Shown: in pieces, positions 35,156 to 49,722 of the stretch
Numbering within the stretch: the first letter of the stretch is position 1
Layout of the letters: the number at the start of each line of letters is the position of its first letter
Assembly (NCBI GenBank): GCA_051294375.1
Contig: CM119271.1
Span: 428,721 to 492,720 of the forward strand
DNA: 64,000 nt
Direction of reading: 5' to 3'
DNA from: Paraspadella gotoi
Taxonomy: Eukaryota; Animalia; Chaetognatha
Program-made: the position numbers and the translations under genes
Notes under the pieces: model-generated
Told to the model about the DNA's origin: nothing
The model's database searches: none
Seen by the model: the letters and a program-made list of their open reading frames with translations, nothing else

Positions 35156-38100
35156 TCACTCGGAGTGACACTCGCTCAGCGTTTCAAGCGTGTGACGCAC
35201 CGGTGACGCCCTATTCTGAGCCGCGTTCGTTTCCGGTCGAGCGAGTCTCGACTTGGCTGGAAGCGTCTCGGTCCCCAAGCGACGGCTTCGCAAAGCGCCG
35301 AGGACGGCCGGGTCATAAGACGGCTTTCCCGCAGCCCTTCTCGGGCTGCCAGGGTTGCTTCGAGAGTATGGCGGCGTGCCGAGACCGCTTCCGGAAGAGG
35401 GAGTGCCACCGCCGGCGCCTCCACTACTGTTGGTCGTCGAGGACAAATTGCTAAAAGGAAACCTCTTCGTCGTCGATGTCGAGACCGGAAAAGGCGTATG
35501 CACCGGCGTCGTCGGCGTGGATGGAGGCGTCGACTTCGCAGCCTTAAGCATCTCCACGGCGGAGATCTTGCGCGCGCTCCCGACGGACGTGGCGGTCTTT
35601 TGCACCAACAACATCTTGAAGTCGTGGAGCGAGGTGGTCGACTTTTTACCGCGCCGGTCGCTGGCCAAACTTTTCGACGAGGAAGCGGAAAGGGCGCCCT
35701 TTGGATCGGCGCCGGCACCGCCCCAAGTGGGCGTCAAGCACCTCGGCGAAAGGACGCCGCTTTCCACAGAGGAGGCGACGGAGAGGACAGGCGAGGAGGA
35801 GCGGGAATTGGAGGCCGAGGAGACGGAGGAGCGAGAGTCTGACCAATCCACGTTTTCGTATTCGCTCCTCACGTTCATCCTCTTCTTCGATTCGTGAATT
35901 TTAGCGAAGAGATCGTTCATCGTTTTAGGGGGCGCCGGCGCCGCGAACGGACTGTCGGCACCGGCGTCGTCGGTGTCGTCATCGATTCGCAGCGTGAGAG
36001 ACGTCGGGCGAAGGCGTTGGGAACGGGAAGACATAGGCGTGGCATCGGATGGGAGAGGATGAGGAGTGGGAGAAGAGGTGGCTTCGGGACGATCGTCGTC
36101 GTCTCCGACGCTTTTCTCTGTCTCAACCTCATCCTCCTTAAACTCGACGCTCTCGCCGTCCTCTTCCCCTTCCTCCTCCTCTTCTTCCGCTGTCGCATCC
36201 GGCGTGGACGTCGTCGACATTTCCGATCTCATCAAAGCCTCCGAGGCGGACGAGACCGCGACTTCCGAGGAGGCGGACAACATTAACGCGTCGTCGGAAG
36301 GCTCGTCAGATGGATCATCTTCCTCTTCAGGCTCCTCTTCCTCATCCGGGGATGCGATTGCGGCTTCTTCGTCGTCGGAAGGCTCGGCGACGGGGTCTTC
36401 CACTTCCGAACTATCCTCGACGATCTCTTCCCTCGATTGATGAGACTTCTCTTCGTTTTCTTCGCGTTCGATGGCCTCCAACTCCTCCTCGTCTTCCTCG
36501 ATGACCCGAGAGAGGGTATCCAAGTTGAACTTGCGCGGCGGCTTGGATGGGGGACCGTGCGACGGCTGCCTGAGGATCGGCTGAATATTCTGACGGAGTT
36601 GCTGCAGGGTGAAGTCGTCGGCGTAGTTTTCTTTCGGCTGCTGTTGAAGGGACTGTTGCTGCTGCAGATGATGAAAATCAACGGATACTCCGTCTTCCCG
36701 ATCAACATCGTCGATGACGCCAAACTCTTTGTCCGCTTCTCTCCGTTCCCACAATTCGTCCCTCAACTGCTCCCGCAGTTGAATCTCCAAGAGTTCGTCG
36801 AATTTTCTCTGTACCCTGTGATCGAGTTTGGGCGGAAGCGATGAAGACTGGAAGTATTCCTCACGATCGTCATCGACGTCGTATTGTCCCGGAACGGCCG
36901 GTGGGAGACGAGAATCTGTCTTCTCTTGCAACGGCACCACGTCCGGCATAATGACGACGCGGGGGTGGGGCTCCTCTTCTTCCACCTCTTCCTCGCGAAA
37001 AAGTTGGCGTAGTTTTTCCTCCGCTCTACTTTTATTCAAATCATGATCGACTGTGACGCCGGAGACTTCGGTCGTGTTCTGAACTGCAACGATTTCGGAC
37101 GAAGGTTTCCCCGCATCTACCCCCTGACCTCTTTGGAGTGAAGCGAATTTGGAGTGAAGCAACGCCGGGTCCTGAAGGGGTTCCCTTGCCGGGAAGTTGA
37201 AAGGAACATTCGTCGAGGCGGCTTCCAATATGGCGGCGGCGTCGTCGGCAAGAGAAGTCTTTGCAAAACCGAGGCGATTCGAGGTTTCGTCTTGAAGGTG
37301 CATGACGTTGACCCGGGCGCCAGGGGGCTTTTTCTTTTGCCTCTCTAAACTCCCGGTCGGCGTCAAGACTGGATCTTCTTTTCCGCTCTGAGTCTCCAAT
37401 AATCGATCGAGCTCGTCCGCGCTCCCGCCCACCTCCAAATTTCGCGACGGCCTTTTCGACGGCCTCTCCAACGTGTTTCCGGGCGAGACGCTCCCGTCGG
37501 CGTTAATGATCACCTTGGCGACGCGTTTTCGCTCCAAACTTCCGGAAGAGGACGACTGATCGACTTTGCCTGACATATTGTCCCGGTCGGCATAGGGGCG
37601 ATTCGGCCGAATTAAAACATCCGAATCGTTGGCGAAATCTCGAACGTCGGGTTTGGAAGAAGATGTGGCCTCGAAGACGGGTTCGTTCGGCGACGACATC
37701 TGCGAGTTGCAGTCGTCCGCCGACGACGACGCAGCCGACGTCGATGATTTGGACATAACGTCGAAGCTACTGGAGGAGGCGTAGCCGCTGTCCGCCAGGG
37801 CGGCGCCGAGAGGTAAGTGAGATTTGGCCAAACCGGCCAAAGATGGAAGACGAGATTTGGGGAAGACGTGAGATGGGAGCGCCGGGAAGGACTTGGTCGG
37901 CGCCTCCTCCACGGGATCGGAGGAGGCAGAATCCTCGGCACCAAATGTGCTAAAGGTTGAAGGCAAAAAAGGTAAGGCGGCGGCGTCGTCTCCGCGACGC
38001 CGGAGATTCAAAGAGGCGGCGTTGGAGGCGACTGCGGCGGCGTCCGAAGATTCCGAGTACATGTTGATGGCGGCGACGCCGCCCACCGCGGGCGGAACGG

Positions 38101-41100
38101 CCTGCTGCGGAGGATACAACACTGGCTGGCAAAAATTGGTTTTGGGCTCATACGTTCGCACTGAACTGGACACTAAAACTGCTTTGGCTGGCTCGGGTAG
38201 GGAATCGGACGGGACGGAGAAAAAGGGCTTAGCTTGAGAGGGGGACTTTGGAGAAGCTGATGGGCGGTCGTAGGGCGACGACTCGCGTTTGGAGGCGGAT
38301 ACACCGTAGTTGGACTGAGCACTACTGGCGAGAAGATCCGGTTGTAGTTGGTGTTTCGATTCTTCCGACAACTCTTCCGCAGAAGGCCAAGCATCGAAGG
38401 ATCTCTCGGACTTGTTGGCCTTGTCGGGAGTCGATGGAGAGAGCGACCTCACGTCGTTGAGGGGAGAGTTGAAGGTGAACTTTTCAAGGGCCTTCGTCAC
38501 GTCCTGAGTCAAATCAAGTTATTTTAAAAGGAGAAAAAATAAGACTTGTTTAATGTTTACTCGTTGCAATATTTTACTAATAGTAAATGCTAAACAAGCG
38601 AATATGATTCGCTGTTTATCGACGCAGATTAGTGTTCATAAAAAATTCAAGCTGCTTGGCAAGAATTGAACAGATATAAAATATAATTGTTCAATATATA
38701 AAATATTAAGAAATTGGTACAACCAATATAAAAATTATCCATTCATTTATTAAATAAGCTATCTTGCCCCTGACTTCAATAAAACCATGGCATACCTCTG
38801 AGAGACAAAATTATAAAATATTTATATTATTTTTTTTTTTAAATTTTCAGAAACTTTTAAAAAATATTTAAAAATAAAACTTTTAATACACTTATCACAC
38901 TGAAAATATAATTATAGTTTTAATGAAGAATTTGAAAATTTAAAAAAAAAAAAATTATAATGGAGTTGCTTCTCTCCGTCCCTCACCTGCAGTTCTGAGA
39001 TGAAGCTGCTCGAATCGAGATTCGGTGCCCGCGGCGTCGACGGGGCGCTGCCAACTACGTCGTCGTAAAGACCTCTGCTGGGCGGACTGGACCAGAAGGC
39101 GCTACCGTCGGGCGTGTTCATGCGGTAAGAGTTTTCGCTGTCGCTTTGATCGGACGGCACGGGGGTGACCGAGCAAAGCGACAGGTAGGCCGCGGCGGTG
39201 GCCTTGCTTCTCACGCGCGAATAGACGGGTTCCGAAGAGTCGGAGGATTCGCCTGGTGTTCGCGGGTCGGCGGCGGTGGCAGCAACGGCTTCGACGACCG
39301 TGGCGACGCTTGCGGGGTCGTCCTCGTCGACTTCGCGAATATGCGAGAGGCTGTTGTCGGAGGCCTGAAGAGTCTCGTCGAGGTTATCCTTTTCGGCGTC
39401 CGCGTCGATTTGATCGCGAAAATTCTGAAGATCCGCGTAAATGTTGGCCGTGGCTTCATCGTCGCTGGATGAAAGACCCGAGGTCTTTCGTGCCGGCGGC
39501 GGCGGCGGTGGCGGACGTGAAGACGGACGCGGCGGCGACCCGGCCTTGCGCTGCATGGGTGGAGTCGGCGCCGCCACCACGGTCACCACGCTGGCCTCAG
39601 TCATGTTGGAAGCCGTGCTGAGCGTGCTGACGGACCGCTTGGAACTACGAAGGGACTGCGGAGTCGACGAGGATGAGGGCAGCGCGCCTGGCATGGTGGC
39701 GTGCCCGTCGGTGCCGATCGAAGGCTCCTCTTTACTGCCTCCGCCGCCTACAGCCCTGGAGCCGCCGTAAAACTCAGAATAAAGCGGAGAGTCAGGCGAT
39801 GTCGGCGTTCCGGCGCCGACGCCATGAAAGCTCCGGCGCTTGAGTCCGCAATCAGCGCGCATTGAAGTGTAGAATCCGTCGGCGTCGGTGGAATAAACTG
39901 ATGTCTCATCGTCTTCTCGCGGCGCCAGGACTCGTTCGTTCGGTCGTCCGGGGCCATCGCAGCCGCCTATGATGAGATCGACGCTCTCCGTGCGGCTCGA
40001 TCGCTTCTCGTTCTGAGTTTCCGAGGAGTCTGGGTCGTTGTCTCGCGAGTGCATCATCAGGTTGTCCAGAGTCAAAGAGGAAATCGGAGTATTTTCTTTG
40101 GAAGAATCCGAGTTGTCGTCTTGGGCGACGACCTTTGAGCGCCGCTTGACGAGCGACTTGTGCTTAGCGCTGGATCCTTTGGCCACCTGCAACTCGAGGT
40201 TCTTGACCCAGAGGTCGGCGGCGGCATAGGCGTCGCTGCTGTCGACGTCTTTGGAGGACGGCCCATTGGTGGTCGGCGTCGGGGTCACCGTGCGAGTCGT
40301 AGAGGAGGATTCCCGATCGGCCGAGTTGGTGGAGAATCCGTCGAAGGCTCGGAGGTCGAAGCCTTTACGGCTGGGGATGGAGGCCGACATGGAGGAATCT
40401 TTCTCGATGGAGGAAAGCTGAGAAATGTTGTCCACGTCTTCCGAGACAGAGGAGATCTCCTTGTTTATCTCCGAGGAAATCCCAGTCGCGCCAGTTTCCA
40501 CGCTGGAGAAGGAAAAGTGAGACTCTCTCGTCGGTAGCGGCGCTTTTTCTCGGACGACGACGGAACCGTCAATAGATCCTGAGTCGCTGATTAACTCGGC
40601 TCCGAAACTTTCGGCGCCGTTGCGCATCTGAACGGCCGTGGCGATGACGCTCGATCCGAAGGTGATGGGTATTCGACTTCTCCTCCCCGTCGACATGTTG
40701 AGCGGCATCGGTGAGTCGTCGAGATTCGACGGGAATCGTCGGCCGCGATGAAGAGGCTTTGGAGGTTTTCCCGAGGCGTCCCCATTCTCCAACGTCTTCT
40801 CGGCCGACTTGCTGCGACCCCGCAGCGACATGAAGATGTTCTTTCCCGTGTTGGAGGCGCGCTTGCGCAAAGAGAGGCGTTCGGCGGCGCCGCGGCGTTT
40901 GGCGAAGGAGGCGCCGTCGAGGTCTGAGTCGTCGATAGAGGTAGAGTTGAAAAACGCCGATGGGCGTTGACGCGAGGATGAACGCGGTTCGCGATAGCTC
41001 ATCGATCGGGCGCCGATGTCGAAAGCCGGCGCAACGGGAGACGTCATCTCCGCCGCCATCGGCAAATCTTCGTCGAAGGAGAGAGAGGGTCGCAACTTTA

Positions 41101-42945
41101 TCCCCATGCGGCTGGGCCTGCCGAGGTGGAGGGTCCGCGGCCGGCCGATCGATCCGGCGCCCGAGGAGCATACCGTGGATCGACCGTCTCCGTCGGAACG
41201 GAGTTGATCGACCACGGAAGCCGGGATTCCCGAGATCGTCTGGCGGCGGAACCTTTTCTCGCGAGCGCTGCGTTGCTTGGCGGGGCCTAGTTTCGTCGGG
41301 CTGACGAGCGGGTGATTGTGCGGTGCCGGGACGGCGGGCGTCGCGGATCGCAGCGCCGCGGATTGACGGAGAGCGGACATACGGACAAAGGCGCGGCCGG
41401 TGATGTCGATAGGGACCACGTATGAGGGCATGCGGTCGCGACTTCGTTGCATCACTTGTTCCGGTGTCGGTAGATGGATGGAGTCCGTGCCTGGAAAAAT
41501 ATGGATGAAGGGAAGAGAAAATTGTGAATGAATATGATTATATAAATATAACTTGGTTAATTTGTAGAATTTTGAATTCGTTTTAAACCTCAACGAAAGA
41601 GAATGAACAGCGCAACATTAAAATTCCATTCAAAATGTTTTTCTTATTTTGTCTTTCGGTAAAACCAAATCTAAAACCGCAATTTCTAAATTCCAGTCGA
41701 CCGACTGCGACAAAACATTAAACTCAGGAAACTGGGGGGGGGGAGGAGAAAACAAAAGAAACTCACAGGGGGTTGTGTCGAGTTCATCCATAGAGCCGAC
41801 GATACAGGCCACCGAGTGAGGCCTCGGTTTGGCCGGCGTCAACGCCCGCGACGCCGGCCGCCCCAACTCCATCTGAGAAAAGTACATCCCGGGTCCGGAG
41901 AGGCCGGTGCTCTCCTCGGCGTCGGAGACCTCGGCCCTCGAGGAGCCCTCCCCGCCGCAGATGCTCGCGGGCCGCTTGAGGTCGTCCTCTAACTCGAGTT
42001 GGCGGCGACGACGTTCGTCCGCGATGATCGGTTGGCATTGGAAATACTGGGAGCCGTGGAGACCGTCGCGTCTGAATTTTATTTAATGTTCAAAATTAAT
42101 TAATTGCAAGTTAATAATTAATTAGTCATAAAAAATCGGGACCGACCTGAAACTGTCGCAAGCTCTGAGCAGCGGGACGGGCGTCATGTCCGCCCGAGCG
42201 TATTGACCGACGATGGCGTCCGGACAGGAGAGGCGGAGGAAGTGATCCGCCTCGATGGAACCGAAGAGACGAACCGGCGGCGCCTTTAACGAGGCCTCCA
42301 GGGTCGAGCGGGCGGCCTTTTTGGGGTCCAGGGTCTGAACGGCCGACTCCAGGGAAGATATTCGCTCCACGAGAGATTCCGATCTTTAAACGAAGAAAGT
42401 AAAAGAAATTAGACTAACACGCGCTCTCTCTCCCTCTCTATCTCTCTCACCTCCGAAAGACCCTCTCGCACTCGCAAGTGATTTCCCCGAAGAGACTCTC
42501 GGCGTGATTGGCAAGATCCGCCATCTGGCGGATGGCGCCAACCAGCGCCAGACAGGCGAACAACTCGAACTCATCTTCCGGTGCTGGTAAAAACGAATAT
42601 CAGATTAAGGAGAGCTTAATTTAATAACGGTTATAATACGGTTCGGTATTGCACTAACTAAAAGTGTACCATTTGTTTTCACAATTATAATATTCTTATT
42701 TAAAAGTTGAAAGGGTAAAATTTTACTTTCGCTGACAGAGGCTTTATTAATATTTATTTTTATAATAAAATTCTATTTGGAGAAAAACCAAATTTTCGTT
42801 TTTAACAACAATGATTTTAATTTAAAGAATTTCGACTCCTTTTTGATTTCGAGTCTTCATCAGCATTTAAATCACAAACCTTTTCCTTTTTTTAACATTT
42901 AGAAAGAGAGATAGTACATTACCAAATGTATTGATTTTTTCTCTT

Positions 42946-42990
<45 letters not shown>

Positions 42991-44527
42991 ACCAATTTCA
43001 AATTTACTTATTCTTCTTCCTTCTCCTCACTTTCACTTATCCTCACATCTGACCACTAACCTTTACTCAATTCTTTGTTAGAAACACTCTCTCTCTCTCT
43101 CCCTCCAAACTCAATGTTTGAATAACTAAAACGTGTGTGATTTAAACGCTGATGAAGACTCAAAATCAAAAAAATAATTAAAACATGTCCCATTTTTAGC
43201 CGGATCTGCTTACAGCAAATTCCGGCTCTATAATTGACTTTGTCGGTCCGCCCCCCCAATCTTGTCAAGCATTCACTTATATCATGTTAGAACATTGAAT
43301 TATAATAAATTATGCAAAAACAAGTTTGAGCAAAGAATGCCGGATCTGCCCACGATCAGATAATTAATTTTTATTTTTATTTAAAATCGTTTTCCACTTT
43401 GTCTCGCATTTCAATCACAAAACAACAATCTCGATTATAAAATTAATTAATTGCAAATAATTAATAATTAATACAGCTTGAATTAAAATGTAATTTAAAA
43501 AAAAATAATCAAATAGTGAAATAGATTATTTTTTTCCATTTTAACTTTTTTCCACTCGGACGATTCAATCAAAACTTGATTTCTAGCTTAATCACACACT
43601 TTCCTACCCACACACAAAATTTCATTCCAATCTATCCATCAAATCACTAGTAATTGGTGTTTTTTGCTAAGGTAGGATGGACGGATAGACAGACCGACGG
43701 ACGGAGGGACATTTTTTTTGCATAATTTATCATAATTCGATGTTCTGACATGATATAAGTGAATTCCCAACAAGAGGGGACAGACCGACAAAGTGAATTA
43801 AAAATGTCCCTTCGTCCGTTAATCCCATCTTAGCAAAAACACCAATTACTCATGATTTGATGGATGGATTGGAATTAAAATTTGTGTGTGGGTAAGAAAG
43901 TGTGTGATTGAGCTGGAAATCAAGTTTCGATGGAATCGTCCAAGTAGAAATGAGTTAAAATGGAAAAAACAAACTATTTATTTCACTATTTGATTATGCT
44001 TTTTTTATTTTTATATTAAATGTAAATTCAAGCTGCATTAATTAATTATTAATAAATATCAAATAAGGAATTAATTATTAATTAATTTTGTGATTGAGAT
44101 TGTTATTTTGTGATTGAAAGGCGAGACAAGGTGGAAAACGATTTTGACACGAATAAAAAAAATTAATATTAATTATCTGATCAGCTGCTTACCGCTATTG
44201 ATCGTGGGCAGATCCGGCATTGTTTGATCAAACTTGTTTAAATCATTGTTGTTAAAACGAAAATTTCGTTTCTCTCCAAATAAAATCACACAAACAACAA
44301 AAAAAAGGCTTAATACAGTATAAAAAAAATTTAAAAATTATTATCCAATTACCCTAACCCTAATTAATTACCACTCCTAAACCAAAACTACCCCCAAACC
44401 CCGGTCGGCGAAAGTAAAATTATGCCGCTGAGGGGACTCGTCGGCTGCATCCACACTCACTTTCCGCAAAAGCGGATTTGCTTTTCCGCAAGTCCAGCGG
44501 CTTGACGATCCGTTTCGCCAGCGGCAT
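35156..44527 (-). CDS. NHS/NHSL family (GUK-holder-like) WAVE-homology actin regulator, ~2200 aa, 6 exons
   Basis: N-terminal WAVE homology domain MPLAKRIVKP..ALVGAIRQMADLANHAESLFGEI..ERISSLESAVQTLDPKK; NHS-family motifs HLPTPEQ, DGFYTSMRADCGL, polyproline, DLFAKIHESKKR and DFKMLLVQK. Confidence 0.85.
38711..38776 (-). repeat. Family D element, truncated 3' fragment, in an NHS-like intron
   Basis: Matches 49836-49900 and 54251-54315. Confidence 0.75.
42800..43192. mobile_element. Degenerate Penelope-like pseudo-LTR pair (tail-out) with decayed hammerhead cores
   Basis: CTGATGAA-GACTC..GAGTC-GAAA on the minus strand at ~42832-42865 and CTGATGAAGACTC..AAAACATGTC on the plus strand at ~43149-43190; CCTCACATCTGACCACTA block shared with ~9430. 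Confidence 0.6.
43195..44240. mobile_element. HINE/Helentron-like repeats including an inverted pair (~43320-43720 vs ~43800-44240)
   Basis: Long inverted similarity and blocks shared with 29800-30440. Confidence 0.5.
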
Positions 44528-45026
44528 TGTAGATTCGAGGGAGAATTACGCCGCGTCGCCGCGAAAAGATGACGACGTGGTGAAGGCGCCGCGGAAATAC
44601 GTCGGCTTGGCGGCGCCAAACTCGTCTTTCGTCACCTTCATCTCGCGAATGAGGCCCGGCGCGCGTCAGTCAGTGCGGTTAAAAGGCGTCATTTTTATTC
44701 ACGTATGAGCAAGAGTTGCGGCATCGGTTCACCTTCATACGACTCGAAAAAGTTGAAGACGAAATGGGTGTTGTTTCTTTTTGATTTCTTTACATGCGAG
44801 TTTTAAAAAAAAGAAGTCAAGCTTTTATTTTTTATTTTGAAAGACCGCGAGAAAAATACATTTAATTAGGGACGACGACGATTTTGGCTTGTTTAACTAG
44901 TTTTTGACTATTTACACTGGAAGATAAAAAATGTAGTAGTAATCCGTTTTGTGGGAATTGAGCGAAAACTTGTTATCAATTTTAATTAAGATTAATCTTC
45001 ATTCTACAACTGTTATACATATACAG

Positions 45027-45747
45027 TAAGGCGTAGTGAAAGTTGTAGATCAAAATTTGGATAGTTGTTCATAAACAATCTTATACTCAAGAACATTGAT
45101 ATATAAACATTTTTTTTAAAAAATTCTTAATTTTCGCATACGCCCATAGTACTTACCCTAAAAAATGTCAAAATTTTAAAATGATTTTTTTTTATTTTTG
45201 AAAGCAGATTAGAATTCCTCACGAAAAGTTGATATAAGGAAGTATAACTCTTTTTAGAAAATTATTTTATTAAGTGGGTCAAAATCCTAAAAAACTTCTA
45301 GTTAATTTATAATTTAATTTTAGTATAAAAATATATTTTTATAAATTTTTAATTATAAATAACTTAATGAAATAATTTTTGATTAAGAATTATATTTTAA
45401 GTTATTTATAATTAAAAATTTAAAAAAATATATTTTTATACTAAAATTAAATTATAAATTATAACAGTTTTTTGAGGATTTTGACCCACTTCATGAAATA
45501 ATTTTTTAAAAAGAGTTATATTTCCTTATATCAACTTTTCGTGAGGAATTCGAATCTGCTTTCAAAAATAAGAAAAAAAAACATTTTAAAAAGTTTACAC
45601 ATTTACTATGCATAAATATGGGCGTATGCGAAAATTGAAAAATAAAACAAAAATTTTTATTAAAAATTGTTTCAAGGTACAAGCCTGTCCATGTTCTACT
45701 ATTCGAATTTTGATTCAACTTGATTTTAATATTTTTGCTACGCTTTA
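45027..45747. mobile_element. hAT-type fold-back MITE
   Basis: TAAGGCGTAG../..CTACGCTTTA ends, perfect 8-bp TSD ATATACAG, long internal inverted repeats. Confidence 0.85.
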
Positions 45748-46399
45748 ATATACAGTAATCTGTCCTCGTCTTATAGGAGAATTTGGGTCATGAAAAATTC
45801 TTGTATTTCGAGTGAAAAACCGCAGTCGTAAAAAGGACTCCGCAACTTTCCACAAAACGTTCCGCAAAAAAAACGCGTTTAAAAATCTGTAAGAATCGAA
45901 AAAAAAAAAAAAATGCCGTTCACAGAAAAAGAGCAAAAATGTGATTTATTTTTTAATTGAAAAAATAAGCCAATAAAGTATCAGTCTCGCGTCTCTATCT
46001 GAGACAGCGCGTTGAGAGTACAAGAAAAAAAGTCGACAAGCATTCCGATGACAAGCATAAAAGAATAGAACGATATCATTAATAATTAATTAGACAAAAT
46101 CGAGAGAACTTATACTGGAGACGACCGATGCATTCGGAAGGAGGTCCACAACCCCATCAACGCTGCCATCAACGATGTTTAAAAAAAAAAAACAGACATA
46201 ACGTAAGCTTTAAATCAACAAACGTTTCACAGACGAACGTTTTAAAATACTGCCAACTGTACTTACATTTTAAAAAAGCAAATCCAGTAGCCTATTCAAT
46301 TACTTCTGAAAAAAATTCCTAAGTGGGTTAACCTCCTTCCAGTTTCTTCCTCAAAAAGAAGGAAACCGAAACTTCCTTTCATCAATCTCTCAACCACAT

Positions 46400-48729
46400 T
46401 CACGCCCGAAAGACATGAACCGCTCTGACGACGTACTGCCGACAGATGGGGCACTCTGACATCCTCCGTCCGCAGTCGGTACAGGTCACCATGTGCCCGC
46501 ACTCGAGCAACACGCAGTCGATCACGGCGTCCCAACAGATCTTGCAGATATTCGCGTCGACGTCGGGCGCCGGCGGAGGCTTGGAAGCCGCCGAGGCTCC
46601 CGCATCGGCGGCGGGGTCGTCGCCTGTTCCTCCGGACGAGGCAGCGTCGACGGCGTCCCTCTCGTGCGCGGCGCGAAGCATTTCCTGGTTGGCCCGGTGT
46701 TCTGTCCAGAGTCGGTGGACCCGATCCTCCAACTCCCACCTCTCGCAGCAACCCTTGAAGGCGACGAAGTTAGAGGCGAGGATCTCCTTGAGCTGTCGGG
46801 GGCTGAGTTCCTTCACGTCCTCTTTCCTCTCGATCTCTTCCAGGCGGATGCGGCGCCGGCCTTGGAAGCGGCCCGGCGACGCAGGTTGGCTGCCGGTGCC
46901 GCCGGCGTCGAGGGAGGAGGAATAAGGAGACGAGGCGGGCGGAATTAGGGGAGAAGAGGAAGAGGAGGCGCCGGGAGGAAATGGCGAAGAAGGGACAGAG
47001 TTCGGGAGAGTGGCGGCGAGCGGCGCCGCCGGTGGAGAGGGAGCGCCGTAATCGCCGTTGGTTTCTTGGACTCGGGATGACGAAGACGGCGACGACGAAG
47101 CGTTCGAAGTAGCGGCGTTCGAGATCAAAGGGTCGACGGAATCGGTGGCGGCGGCGCCATTGTCAGTTCCCGCCGCCATAACCTCGTCGTATGTGGGCGG
47201 GGCGACGCGAGTAGAGGGTACAGTGCCGACGACGACAACGTCATCGTCCCCGCCGCCGGCGAGGGGAATGGCGACGGGATTTTCGACGGCGGCGGCGTCG
47301 ACACCCAGTTCGACCGATTGATCGAAGTCGTTGAGTCCGTTGTCGACGATTTCGAAGACAGGGTCGAAACTTCGAGTCGGTAAGGCGGGTTCCGCAGCGA
47401 CGGCGTCGTTCGAGGAGGAGCCGCCGCCACGTTGGTCAGATTCGAAGCGGCGCCGCGGGTCCGGTTCCATCTCCATCTCGGCGCCGATGGACATGGAATC
47501 GTCGTTAGGATCGTCGGCGCCGGAAGATGTTTCCGGAGAGGAAGAGACGCGACGCCGGGGTGGCGGCTGAGTATCGCTCATGGAATCGGGACTAACGAGA
47601 AGAGAATTTAAGATAATAACAGTTTAGGATAATTAAGTTTTGAAGTTGAATAAAAGTAAGTGACAAGAGAGTGAAGATCAAATGTTATTGGGACAGAATT
47701 TCCCCCCAAAAATCGCAAAAATCACCTAGAATCGGCATTTTGTCTTCGTCTCCTCTGCTCCCACTCCTCCTCTGCCTCCTTGCGGCGGGTCAGTTCCCTG
47801 AGGCGCCTTTGGTTTTCCGCCTGCTGCTGCAGGAAGGCGTCGGAGCAGCAGTGTTGCAACACCAGGTCTACCAGTTCGGCCTTTTCGCGACAACCTGATC
47901 GAAGAAGAGAAATCTTTACTACAATTTTCAAGGACAAGAAACAAATATGAATCCACGCAGTCAACCCCGTCAAACGACATAATCCGATAATTTCCATAAT
48001 AGTAACCTCCTCAGTCCTCACCTGCTATGGGTATTCTCTTTGACTCAAGATATTGCCTCAAATCTTTGACCCTCAACTCCATGAGGTGCTCCTTGGTGAC
48101 GTTCTCAATGGCCAAAATGCTGCATCGCTGGCAGATCGGCGTCGGTCCCAGAGGGTTTCGACCCAGACGGATGTTGCTCGCCTGGAGGGGAAAAATGGAA
48201 TGAAAGTCTAGGATTGTCTGAGAATCGGCCATGGAAACGCAGAGAAACTAAGTGTAAATGCGTAAGTGCAAATAAACAAAACGTAACGTGGTGTTTAGTT
48301 TGATAAGGGGAATCGGGCCGGGGCCATAGAGCATTTGACTGCGATTGAAAACTTGGATTGTCATCAAGCTTTGCAACCCGAACGCGTTTTCCCTGCTTCG
48401 GTTCTCTCTATTAAGCCCAACGAAACCAAAAATAACGAATATTTAATGAGGGGAAGAATCCAAAAAGGGATATTTTACTCACGGGCGTCGCAAAATCCGA
48501 AGTGCGTGGTATCTGGCCAAACGAACATTCTCAACGAAAATTCCGCTTCAAAGTTGAGACAATTCCCCTTTACTCTTAGCCGTTCAACCTCCCCGCCTAC
48601 CTGGAAAGAGTATTCCCTGGGAAGGCAAGAGGTGCAAAACCAGCGCGAACATCCGGGGCACATCCGCTTCCGTTTGAAGACGCCGAGCGAGAGGTCGCAA
48701 TACTCGCAGGTCAAGGCGGCCCCGCTCAT
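46400..48729 (-). CDS. RNF34: RNF34/RFFL (CARP) family FYVE-like + SAP + RING E3 ligase, 4 exons
   Basis: CEYCDLSLGVFKRKRMCPGCSRWFCTSC; LMELRVKDLRQYL..GCREKAELVDLVL; RQLKEILASNFVAFKGCCERWELEDRV; RING CKICWDAVIDCVLLECGHMVTCTDCGRRMSECPICRQYVVRAVHVFRA. Confidence 0.93.
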
Positions 48730-49376
48730 TCTGCCGACTTTTGGATGGAGAGATAGGAGAGACGAGGATAACGGGCGAGACGGCGAGCCCGGCGGGAGGG
48801 TCCGCGCCGGCTCTCGAGATGGCGTCTTGAGACGGACCGGGAACGATTTTCTTTTGCCCCCCTTTAGCTTCGTTTCCGTATTTAAGTCATCGTAGAATGG
48901 TTGTTTTTAAATGTAGTCTTTCATAGTTATTTATTCTGTCATCTCTTTTGAAAATCGTTTATTTATAGTCTTTGAGGGCGAATGACTCCGAGAATTGAAA
49001 GATGGCGTAAGATGAAGGGAAAAACATAAAAAGATAGTCGACGAAGTTTATTATGACTAGGGATCTGTATGAATGATTTGAACAGATATTACTACGAATA
49101 CCGTGTAAAATGCGGAAAACGCCAAATAATGTAGAACGCAGCTTTAGTTTAAGGTTAAGTGGAGAGAAAATCTTGATTGCTTTGTAAAATTAGAATGAAT
49201 GATTCTCGAACGTAATGAATGAATGAATCACGGGATCCAAAATAGTCCAAAAAAGTAAAGAAGGAAAAAGTAAAAAGGAAACAAAATAATAATAATTTGA
49301 AAACAAACACCAATTACATACTGAACTAGCCTAACTACACGTCATCCTCATTCCTCAACCACAAAAAACACAACGC

Positions 49377-49722
49377 TTAACGTGGATCGTTGTCGCACTC
49401 CAAACTGAGACGAGTCCTTGCCATTCCCGAAGGCAATGGAACCCACCCTACCCGCAACGAACTGACCATCTGGCAACAAAAATCAACCACGTCGATGGGT
49501 CCAGCGGCCATAAGGCGTCCCGAGCCTTTAAATTCCTTCTCCGGCGCTCGAACGCCCCGACCGACACTGGTCCACCCGCCCAAGTGCGGTGATCGGAGTT
49601 GGGGAATCGGCGGTTTGGCGGCGGCGGTAGGTGGCGGCGGCGGGGGTGAGTAAATCTCGGTCGGGTCTGAGGTATGGCGAGTTAGTGCGGCGCTTGGAGA
49701 GGAAGAAGAATTAGTGGTGGCG
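49377..49722 (-). CDS. Probable terminal exon of an unidentified gene
   Basis: Polypyrimidine/CAG acceptor followed by an open GC-rich frame ATTNSSSSPSAALTRH..IDVVDFCCQMVSSLRVGWVPLPSGMARTRLSLECDNDPR*; upstream exons not resolved. Confidence 0.45.

Noticed and set aside
35083-41304. Numerous plus-strand ORFs opposite the NHS-like exons (likewise opposite CERK, SOCS7 and RNF34)
   Set aside because: Shadow ORFs expected from GC-rich coding sequence.
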